Notes under the pieces: generated by a model | Seen by the model: only the letters and a program-made list of their open reading frames with translations | The model's database searches: none | Told to the model about the DNA's origin: nothing | Shown here: piece by piece, positions 1 to 9,700 of the stretch | How the letters are laid out: every line of letters starts with the position of its first letter | Numbering within the stretch: the first letter of the stretch is position 1 | Made by a program: the position numbers and the translations under genes | DNA from: Paramoeba atlantica | Taxonomy: Eukaryota > Protista > Discosea | Assembly (NCBI GenBank): GCA_977017575.1 | Contig: CDRNVI010000002.1 | Coordinates: 868,001-932,000 of the forward strand | Direction: 5' to 3' | Length of the DNA: 64,000 nt

Positions 1-27
1 AACTCATCAGATACATCGCTCCGTAAT

Positions 28-594
28 ATGGATTTTTCGCTGGCTGGTGACGACCCAAATTCTAATGATGATCCTTTTCTGGAATTCCAAACGAAGTACT
101 CATTGAAAAGAATGGAAAAACTTGAAGGCATTTACTCTGATACGGAAGAAGGTCATGTTCCTACGTGCCACGATTCAGTGAGAGCGAAGGAGCGTTTAGA
201 CCTACCAGAAATTTGTTCTCATTATAAAGTATTATCGCGTTACGCTTCCATTGTTGCTCTTGTTTCCAAGCTTGATCAGGGTGAACGAGCATACGTGGCA
301 TACGAACTAGTGGGATCTTACGTTGGCGAAGAACATTTACTAGGCCTAAAAGAAGCATCGCCATCAGAATGGAAATCGCAACTGCAAAACCAAGGAAAAA
401 ATTCGAAAAAACCTTTTCGATACGAGTTGTGCAACGAAATTTTGCGTCTCATAAATCGGCGTGTCTCGGATCTCACACCTCGTGAGTGCTTTTGCGTCAG
501 CTGTCGTGTGGCCTGCTTACTTTTACGAGCCCGTGTCGTTCGGTATTGCCAAAAACATCCAGCGCCTCGCATGAACCCTGACTGGACTTGGTAA
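28..594 (+). CDS. Hypothetical protein, possibly 5'-partial
   Basis: 188-aa ORF on the coding strand; no in-frame stop between base 1 and the ATG; no motif recognised. Confidence 0.5.
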   Translation: MDFSLAGDDPNSNDDPFLEFQTKYSLKRMEKLEGIYSDTEEGHVPTCHDSVRAKERLDLPEICSHYKVLSRYASIVALVSKLDQGERAYVAYELVGSYVGEEHLLGLKEASPSEWKSQLQNQGKNSKKPFRYELCNEILRLINRRVSDLTPRECFCVSCRVACLLLRARVVRYCQKHPAPRMNPDWTW

Positions 595-1142
595 ACGCTT
601 GTTCTACAGTGCATATGAAAAAAAAGTAAAAATTCATTACTTGCTCAGTCAATAATTATTTTTTTTTGTTTTAACAGCCTACATCAGAATTGTTCAAAGA
701 TTATATTCTAAATACATGTAATTTGGAAAGGTTAATGCACGGGATTTACAATATCGCGCACTAATCTATTTTGTGTATATCGCAGATAGTAAGCTTCCTT
801 TATACTTAGAATGTTTTTTTCAAAGGAATTATGCTATTAGGTGCACCTTGCTTCATTATTGTTTAAGATTATCTTAAGAATGTTAAGTGTTTTATTAAGA
901 ATTATGCTTCTTACTGAGCTACTTACTTGAACTAGTTACAGTAAGATTAGCTTGCGTATTCCTTCCTTGCAATGCAAAGTACAAATGAGTATGTGTTCAG
1001 AAACAAATCTCTCAATTGCAATATTTTTTTATTCCAGTTCATTTGGATATCCTATTTCGGTATCATACCATCATTCATGTATCTGTGCACAAAGTGTCAA
1101 AAGGAAAATTGTTTCTTTTTTATTCTTCACATCACTTTTCTT

Positions 1143-1403
1143 ATGGCTGCTCCTAGCAAACCGATCAAGAAGGTTGTCAAAAAGATTTCCGCATCGAAGA
1201 AGAGCGTTAAAAAGGTACAGGCCACGCGTGTTGTCAAACCGAAAAAGTCGAGCCCCGCAAAACGTAAGGCAAGTCCGGCCAAAAAATCTACTGCTAAGAA
1301 AGCCTCTAAAAAGGTCGTGAAGAAGCCTGCAAAATCTGCTGGCAAGCGTTCTTCTAAAAGCAAAGCAAACACCAGCAAAGCGAAGAAGCCCGCGAAAAAA
1401 TAA
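1143..1403 (+). CDS. Histone H1-like lysine-rich protein (no globular domain), copy 1
   Basis: 86 aa from ATG 1143 (MAAPSKPIKKVVKK...SPAKRKASPAKK); K/A/S/P/V-rich, preceded by a pyrimidine tract; resembles trypanosomatid H1. Confidence 0.75.
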   Translation: MAAPSKPIKKVVKKISASKKSVKKVQATRVVKPKKSSPAKRKASPAKKSTAKKASKKVVKKPAKSAGKRSSKSKANTSKAKKPAKK

Positions 1404-2633
1404 AGAAGAATTGATGCATACCTCGTATCTCAGAATATGCGCAACATGTATGTTAATTTGAGCTGCTCGTATTAGATAACCTTCACACAGACATAGCATT
1501 TCTTTTCTGGTTATGCCGTGTGAAAAGTCTTTTTTACCAAGCTCCACGAAGCGACATAAGTGTTTTATATCCTGATTGATATATTTATCGTAATCCAATA
1601 ATAGTTCGGAGAAATTTTTATCAAAAAATGTTTATACGGCACAGCGTGTTATAAAACATAATTGCTTAGCATTCCTTCACCACGTTGACCCGCTTCATTT
1701 AATTTTTTTACTTGCCTTTGACCGGTATTACCATGACAACATCTTTTAAAACTTGTGAGGAACAAACCAGATGGCATGAGTATGGGAAGTGCAACCTTTT
1801 TTTCAAGAAGAATCTCGGGACGAAGATGGCTGAGAAATGTGGATAAGAAATTAGAGCCTGAGTTTCTATGGAACTACACTCAGAATCTTGTGCAAGTTTC
1901 GCGCACCGAGCTGTCGCAGCAGATGTTATAAAACGTGCGAGTGGCAGAAGGGCAGTGATTATACCCCGAGCATTGGCTTTGATCCCCAGAGCTGCCGTTT
2001 CCTCACTCGAAATGGTTTTGAATAATGTTCGGTTTGAGTGTTGAGGCACATTGGTCTTCTGTCGCGTACAGTTCAGTTCTAGGATATAACAGTTGCGGGG
2101 CTACGGGTGTGATCTCGCGTGATCTCCAGTGAACTTGCGTTTTTTCGCGCGATATCGCGTGATCCCGTTTTAGACTCACCCACAGCCCCTCAATTAATGA
2201 CTAAGACGGGTGTTAGTACCTTTAGAAGTTTGTAGATTCGAACCTGTAAAGTGCATTTCAATCCAAAATTTAAATTCGCAGAAAGCAACTCCAAAGCTGA
2301 AGGAATGGTATCAAGTGCCTGAGCCACACGTAACGTTCCATTCATGGGAAGCCTAAAATATTCCTTTGCGTACTAACCCGCCATAAATTAGATGCCATAA
2401 AAGGGGCCAAAATGAACAAACAATATTCATAGGAGTGGAAAGTATTTTATGAAAGCGAATTAGCTTAAGCAGATCACCTTTTTTATAAAACAATTATACT
2501 CCACCATACTAATTTTATGTTTGCATCGAAAACTTTGTTTTTACGGTGGACGGTCTTCGTTGATATCTATTTTCTAACTAGATTATACTCGAATAAATTC
2601 CAGTTTCAAATCACAAAATTCCCTTTCAATTTT

Positions 2634-2903
2634 ATGTCTGCGTCAGCAAAAGTCTCCAAAAAAGTGATTAAGGTCTCATCGACTAAGAAAGGGGTAAAGA
2701 AAGCAACTAAAACTCTGGAAAAACGAAGTGTAAAATCTAAGAAAGCTAACCCTGCGAAAAAAATGACCAAGAAAAACACCAAGAAAACGGCGAAAAAAAA
2801 CATATCAAAGAAACCGCTCGTAAAAAAATCTAGCAAGAAATCTCCTGCAAAAAGAAAGTCTTCTTCCAAAGTAAGCAAGTCTAAGGTTTCTAGAAAAGTA
2901 TAA
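2634..2903 (+). CDS. Histone H1-like protein, copy 2
   Basis: 89 aa from ATG 2634 (MSASAKVSKK...KKGVKK...SPAKRKSS). Confidence 0.72.
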   Translation: MSASAKVSKKVIKVSSTKKGVKKATKTLEKRSVKSKKANPAKKMTKKNTKKTAKKNISKKPLVKKSSKKSPAKRKSSSKVSKSKVSRKV

Positions 2904-3239
2904 GGCACCTAAGGTTTTCTAAAAAGAATAACTTGAAACATAGGCGCAGTTATTAATATCTGTCGAAAATCTACGAAAACCGAACGCCTTTCATTCTTCT
3001 GTTGTTTTGTTTTTGTGATACCAAAATCTCGTAAATAACGATACGCCATTTTCTAGTATGAAACGACATATATTATTTCTTGCTGCGCTTAATCGTGTTT
3101 CCTGTCTCTTCCTCAACCTTATTGTACTATTTGTAGGAGACTGAACATCATGAAAAGTAAGGCGATACTTGCTCTCGCATATTGTACTTCTATTTTTCCT
3201 TCTTAGTATATATTTTCTCTTGTTCTGTTTTACTACACA

Positions 3240-3488
3240 ATGGCTGCACCTGCTAAGTCTGTCCAGAAGAACGCCAAGAAGGCCGTCTCATCCAAGAAAG
3301 GGGTAAAAAAAGTAAAAAAGACGCAGACCAAACGTGCTGCACAACCCAAGCGAAAGGCTAGTCCTATCAAGAAAGGCGTAAAAAAGGTAGCCAAAAATAT
3401 CATAAAAAAGTCTGTAGCAAAGAAAACTACTAAGAAGAGTCCTGCAAAGCGCAAGGCAAGTCCCAAAACAAAGCCTTCTAAGAAATAG
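3240..3488 (+). CDS. Histone H1-like protein, copy 3
   Basis: 82 aa with KKGVKK twice and SPAKRKASP. Confidence 0.75.
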   Translation: MAAPAKSVQKNAKKAVSSKKGVKKVKKTQTKRAAQPKRKASPIKKGVKKVAKNIIKKSVAKKTTKKSPAKRKASPKTKPSKK

Positions 3489-3798
3489 ATCTCAGAACAG
3501 TTGGCAGTAGTGTCTCGGGCCTATACATGCTGATTATCATTCGGAATTGGCTACCATTCTAGCGCTAATGTTTCATTTGATACACATATTGAAATGGCAT
3601 TTTGAGCGTACGGCGTACGCTTTCTTGTCTTTTCGATTAAAGGCATTATGTTCTGATTGACACATTATTGATACATCTTGTCTAAAAGCAAAATAAAATT
3701 TCTTGCCTACTGATAATTTAAGTAGTGTCAGTATTTAGATTTCATTATACTGGATTTCCAGACTACCTTTAACTACGTTTACTCCTTCATTTCTCCTC

Positions 3799-4053
3799 AT
3801 GGCTGTTCCTGCTAAAATTGCCAAAAAGGTGACCAAAAAAGTTTCGTATTCCAAAAAGGGCGTAAAGAAATCAGCGAAATTACAAGCGAAGCGTTCCGTT
3901 AAATCAAAGAAGACTGCTCCGAAACGCAAAGCGAGCCCAGCCAAAAAACATTCTAAGAAGATAGTCAAAAAGGCAAGTAAAAAGAGCATGAAAAAGCCCA
4001 TTGCGAAGAAACTTGCCAAAAAATCAGTTGCGAAGAAAGTAAAAAAGGCGTAA
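3799..4053 (+). CDS. Histone H1-like protein, copy 4
   Basis: 84 aa with KKGVKK and PKRKASPAKK. Confidence 0.75.
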   Translation: MAVPAKIAKKVTKKVSYSKKGVKKSAKLQAKRSVKSKKTAPKRKASPAKKHSKKIVKKASKKSMKKPIAKKLAKKSVAKKVKKA

Positions 4054-4362
4054 ACGCTCGATGCCAAGTACCGTTGTGCAAACAGACACGAAGTTGTAGG
4101 CTGATGTCTATACTGTAGTCCACGTCGATGCTTTGTTGTATTACATTCCCCAACTACGAAGCGTTTTCGGCATCTGCGCCGAAGATTTGACCTGTTTTTA
4201 TAGTGTAACCGAACAGTCATTTCATTTTGTGTCATACTGCATAGAAAAAAATATCAATAGAACAAATTTTTCTATTTGAAGCTTTTTCAGTGCATCGATT
4301 TGAAGGAAATCATTCACTATTTTTAATTAAAGATTGCTTTCCTAATCGTTTTCTCTTTTTCG

Positions 4363-5376
4363 ATGAAAAAATTGTTCCAACTGTGGCTTACGCCTACGTC
4401 CGTCCTACCACTCCCCGGTCTCTACATATTTCGCGAAGCATTTTCTCCACAGAATGTCCCCAGTTGTTTACCTCCTTCAGAAGCGGCCGCGCGGTACGTC
4501 AGCGGTTCGTTGCTTCAGTCATCCTCACCTGAGACCTTAATGATACAGCTCATGCGAGAGAACTTCTTACCATATCTTATTCAGCGCATTCGTAGCTTCC
4601 CCTCCGACAATTTACCCTCCGAGACGGAAGCTTCTCCCGTAGCCCAATACGCATCCCAGTTATACGCCCTGGAAACCACATCTGCACTGCGTCACAACTT
4701 ATCCAAAGAAGACACGTTCCGCTCGGTCTTACAATGGTTTCAGTACCGTCAGGCGTTTCGATCCTCGGTACATCTAATCCGGGACAGTCGATGTTTACAT
4801 CAAGCGAGTCTCGAGATTTCGTATTTTGATTTCATCAAAGACATGGGTTCGTTGTGTGCGAAAACAACCGACCTGGACTCAACTTGTGTGAACGTTCTTG
4901 GTCTCACGGGAAAGGGGTTGGCAAACACTAGTCATCGAGACACCGCGGTGGGATGGGATCAGATGGGTCAATTCCTGTCTCGTAAACTCTCTCCTGAGAT
5001 TTTCATGATTACACAAACCGCAAAAGACCTGCAGGCGCAGCAAAACAAAATGACACAGAAAAGTTTTGTTTGGTGCTTCCTGCGATTGTGGTGTTGTGTG
5101 GCGGTGGCCTGGCGTGGATCTTCCAGCATCGATGACCTGCAAAGTGTCTTCGCGTCCCACCAGTGGGTGTTGACCACACACTACATCACACGGACGTGTG
5201 AGGAGGTGAGGGGGAGGTTGAGCTCGGAGAAGGCGCTGTCCGAGACCCGCACGGGTTCTCCCTTGACGCAGGATGTCATGCACAAGTTGTTGTGTCGTAC
5301 CCCGTTGGATGTGTCTCCGCCAGCGACGATACCGATCCCAGCGAAGCGTTTGCTTCCGACGGAGGAAGGAGTCTAG
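4363..5376 (+). CDS. Hypothetical protein
   Basis: 337-aa ORF on the coding strand; no motif recognised. Confidence 0.55.
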   Translation: MKKLFQLWLTPTSVLPLPGLYIFREAFSPQNVPSCLPPSEAAARYVSGSLLQSSSPETLMIQLMRENFLPYLIQRIRSFPSDNLPSETEASPVAQYASQLYALETTSALRHNLSKEDTFRSVLQWFQYRQAFRSSVHLIRDSRCLHQASLEISYFDFIKDMGSLCAKTTDLDSTCVNVLGLTGKGLANTSHRDTAVGWDQMGQFLSRKLSPEIFMITQTAKDLQAQQNKMTQKSFVWCFLRLWCCVAVAWRGSSSIDDLQSVFASHQWVLTTHYITRTCEEVRGRLSSEKALSETRTGSPLTQDVMHKLLCRTPLDVSPPATIPIPAKRLLPTEEGV

Positions 5377-5637
5377 GGAAGTTGTGTAAAATCGTGTAGT
5401 ATAGAAAATAGGCTTAAAAAATCTACATTACTCGAAATTTTTCTCGCTGTTTCGTTGAATTTAGTTGTTGGAAATTTATTGCACATGTTTAGATCAAGCA
5501 TTCTCGACGGATGAGACTCAACAAATGGTAGTATATTTTTGAAGGTACGCACGAATCGTAAAGCGTTTGCATGTTCTTGCAGTCTACTTTTTTATACACC
5601 CTTTTTTTATATTACATAGACTTCAATCCGTGCAGCG

Positions 5638-5841
5638 ATGCTGTTCATTGGAACACTCGTTTTTATTTTCATTGGGACTGCACTGGCTGCAACGCTACAC
5701 TTGTGGGCATCGGAACGCACTCGCCTTTTAAGGATCCTCATCCCCCTAGGACTTTTTTGTATGTGGCTATCCTACGCAATAATTTATGTGGCCCAGATTC
5801 ATCCGTTAATTATCCCGACGCGCATCAGGCAGTCTCATTAA
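5638..5841 (+). CDS. V-type H+-ATPase V0 subunit e (Vma9/ATP6V0E family)
   Basis: 67 aa, two hydrophobic helices, CMWLSYAIIYVAQIHPLIIP matches the family motif C.WL.W...YLAQ.NPLI.P. Confidence 0.75.
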   Translation: MLFIGTLVFIFIGTALAATLHLWASERTRLLRILIPLGLFCMWLSYAIIYVAQIHPLIIPTRIRQSH

Positions 5842-6193
5842 TGTTATGACTATTATAGTCTTAAGTCCTGTATATTACCACGTTGAGTCTGATGAAGCGT
5901 AGTATAAATATACATAATTCTGGTGTGCGTTTGGGCGCCTTTTTCTTAGTAAAACACGTAATTGAGTATTGGGACATTTCTTTGCCGCTTCCACGGGTGT
6001 ACCGAAGTGTTCAAACATTTGTAAAAATTAATTAAGCTATACATTTTAGAACACCCTTTCGGAATTCACACTCTTGGGATGCTGCTGAAGCAAACAAATT
6101 CCATTTATTTGCAATAAATCAACAAATTTGCAACGAATCAATAAATACCTTTTGATTATTCAGGTATTTTACAACGACTATGCACTTGAGCAA

Positions 6194-6771
6194 ATGCTTC
6201 CGACTATTTTATTTTTCAGTGTCGATGTCCCACTGCGAGCAAGTAGAGTGCGTGGCTCTGCCCTGCCCCAGGAATATATGCTGTCTCGATTCGTAAATAC
6301 TCTGCTTATTAAAGACAAGTCATGGACTGATAATACACCTGCTTGTGAATGGAAATTCGTCGAATGCGATATTGATAAGCATGTTACTTCGCTAAAGTGG
6401 CAAAGCAACATGTTTCAAGACTCTCTCGCTGATTCATTAACTATAAAGGGCGAACTGCAGTGGGTGTACACACCTCATACGTTGCTCTTCTTTAGAGCTT
6501 ATATGCAGGCTTTATTTGGCTCTCTACATCTCTCTTTACTGCCGCCTCGTTTAATAACATTTGACATCGCTTTGAATAGATGTAGTGGGCATTTAGATCT
6601 GACACATTTGCCCTGTTCATTGGTAACTTTGGATTTAAATTTCAATAAATTTGAAGGTGAAATCGATCTTTCGTGTCTTCCTGCGTCTTTAAAAACCCTG
6701 AACCTGTGTTCTAATGAACTTTATGGTAATGTAGATTTGACTAAAATTTCTAAGGACATAGAAAGTATAAA
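6194..6771 (+). pseudogene. LRR protein gene, 5' part, interrupted by retrotransposon insertion
   Basis: ALPQEY...ACEW.FVEC cap plus GxxDLxxLPxSLxxLxLxxN repeats shared with the LRR genes at 23.2 and 50.6 kb; the reading breaks off at DIESI. Confidence 0.8.
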
Positions 6772-6798
6772 TAAAGATACAGTTTCTGTACCTTGTTG
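6770..6798 (+). other. Spliced-leader (mini-exon) like sequence at the retrotransposon 5' end
   Basis: AATAAAGATACAGTTTCTGTACCTTGTTG; GATACAGTTTCTGTAC is identical to the T. cruzi SL core and the terminal TTG is at the same spacing; no GT donor follows. Confidence 0.8.
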
Positions 6799-9700
6799 AT
6801 TTGTACTAACTGTTATCCTCCCCTACTGGGGCATGGCACTTCCCCCCTCCACCTCTGCCCCCCAAGCGCAAGGCGACCTCCCTCGAGGATCTGCTGGCGC
6901 AAAATCATCGCGTAAGCACAGCTTCCACTTCACTCAGCAGCGCGCAATACCGATTAAAATCAGACACTCGACTTCCTCGCTTTGGATATACTTCTCCGAT
7001 ATTCACGCGGCGGCCTCCTTCCTTACTGAAAAGAAACACTTTAATACAGAAATCACAGCGGAGCTTTCCTTGGCACGCACTTTGGATACTGGAGCGAAGA
7101 GAACCGATGGTATTCTAATCGAGAAATGTACCTTACAAGAAGTGATGGACGAAGAAGCTTGTGAACACTTTGTGTTCAAAGAATCTGCGCCGCCCCACCG
7201 CATTTTTCGACACGCCAGCTGGACCGCGGCGCACGCAGACGAAGTCCTGAATCTCAGCCAACAATACTCTTGCCCTGGCACACTCGGTAGGGCGATTAAG
7301 AAGAAACTGGCTGGTCACGATATCCCAGGATTGGCATCCTTCGACATAACCCACGTATCGCAGAGGGAACAGACGTCCGACGAAATCCCTTGGGAAAATC
7401 CCAAGATCTCGTATGATGAGCCACTCGCAATTCGCGCGCCGAGGCAACCGAATGATTCTCGAGGAACACGGTCGTTACGTACGCAGCCGTGCGCGCACCG
7501 ATGCCTAAACAAACTAACATGTCTCCATCCATGCTGTAAAGTGGGCATTGAATCCGAACCCATTCCCGACCCTGCCTCCGATCCGAACGCGCGCCAGCTC
7601 GGTGAAGCAGGTTCCATGGTTGACGCTTCGCCACATTCAACAGCGTCCAGACGACCTGAGTCCACGCGTTCGCAGCCGTGCGCACACCGATGCCTAAGCA
7701 AACGAACATGTCTACATCCGTGCTGTAAAGTGGGCATTGAACCCGAGCCTATTACCGACCCTGCCTCCGATCTGAATGCTCGTCAGCTCGTTGAAGCGGC
7801 TCCTACTGCTCTAGTAGCAGTGCAGCAAACAGCCTCCAGACCTGGGTATACGCTTTCACAGCCCTGCGCGTATCGATGTCTAAACAAACTAACATGCCTT
7901 CACCCATGTTGCAAAATAGGCGGTGAATGTGATCCGGCCTCTCAAGCAGGCACGCACCGACCCACGGGAACGATTCAGAGTCCCCACACCGACTCGACAC
8001 AACTACGAGATGAGCCACACCAGACTATGTACAGCACAACAAGGCGGCCATGCAAGCATGTCTGTCGGGACAAACAGAATTGCAAACATGGATGTTGCAA
8101 AGTTGGCGTGCTGGTCGATAGTTCTACACCCACCGACCCCAGTAGACCTGGAATTCCACATAATGAAACCTATGTTGCCTCCACTCGTGATCTGCACGCG
8201 CAGCACATACAGCCAACATCTGCAAGGAAAATTTCTGACACATCTACGGTACCGGAGGGGGAAGAATCCTCGCACAGACCCTGCAAACACCTGTGCCACA
8301 ACAAGGAAGAATGTAAGCACAAGTGTTGTAAGGAAGGTGTCCAAAGCCCAGTTAAAGATACCCGATCGGGCTCGAGTCGCTGGAGCCTGCGCAATCTTCT
8401 TTCATGGGGCTTCACCACAGGGAGCACGCGTACCAACGAAAACACAGCCCCTGCACGCACAAGGGATGGCCATGCAACCGGATCCGCAGCGCAACGTTAC
8501 CCCGAGACGCACAGGAACATGCCACAGGACCAACAGCAAGCCGAAACGACCGCACATCACACACAGGCCCGAATAGATGTGATTGAAGAAACCGAGACAC
8601 AGGTGCAGGGTACAACACAGCAGGATTTACCACATCATGACACGCAACCAAATAGTATACCGAATGTACGCACGATTCTGCAATCACAACGGATGAGAAC
8701 GCGCAACGATCGTTCAGGAAGCCCAGAAACTGCGGAAGACTTGCTGAGTACCTTGCGTACGATTGAAGGAGGGCGAGTAATGGCTAGTCTTTCTCATGAG
8801 CAATGGCAACGCGCAATCAAGAAGTCGTTCGAACGATGTAAGAAATACCTTAAACCAGCTGCAACCCCAACTGAAGCACTGCGACATGCCGATTTGTTAA
8901 CTGCCTGCATAGCAGTCTCGGCTTATGAAATCGCGCGGGAGGTTGACCCAACGAAAGGATTCAAGCTACGTTCGACGACTGGCCACACCAAACGTGCTTC
9001 ACGACCTCTCAGCTACGATCGCTCAGCAAAGGAACTTTCTGGACATATCCGCCAATTAAAACGTACCCTCTCTTACACACACGGCCGCTCGGAAAGAGAT
9101 CGCCTGATACGCAACATAAAAGAAGCCACGAAAGCCCGCAACCTCTACACAGAAGAAGCAAATCTCCTGCGACGTGAAAGGGAGAAAAGATGGGTGACGG
9201 ACAGATTTCAACGGAACCCCTGGACGGCAGGAGGGGAATGCCTCGACAATAACGAGAAGATGCGAAAACAGCCAACGATTTTCCCGAATTGTCCACAGGC
9301 AGATATTGAAACGTTCTTCAAGGACACACTAAGCATTGGCAACGAAACCCACACTCTACCCCCCACTGATCTTCTTGGCGCTGGAAACGAAAGCGAAATG
9401 AAGTGGGAAGATATTGACGTGCAAACCATAGCCGCGGCTATCTCCTCCAAGCGACCGTCCGCTGCACCAGGTCCTGACACCATAAGTAACGCCTTCCTCC
9501 GACGCTGCACTGAGCTGTACCCCTTCATCGCCCAAGTATTCAACGACCTACTCAAACACTCCGTAGGTCCAACCCACTGGAAACAAGCGGTGACTCGACT
9601 CATCCACAAAGGGGGGGCTACGGATAAACTGTCGAACTGGCGCCCTATCAGCCTGACCAGCTGTCTGGGGAAGCTACTCCACTCAATCATAGGACACAAA

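Noticed and set aside
1071-4235. Minus-strand F/L-rich ORFs over the H1 cluster
   Set aside because: Antisense shadows of lysine-codon-rich genes
6770-6830. An SL RNA gene
   Set aside because: The 5' AACTAACG part of the exon is missing and TTG is followed by ATTTG, not the GT donor of the SL intron
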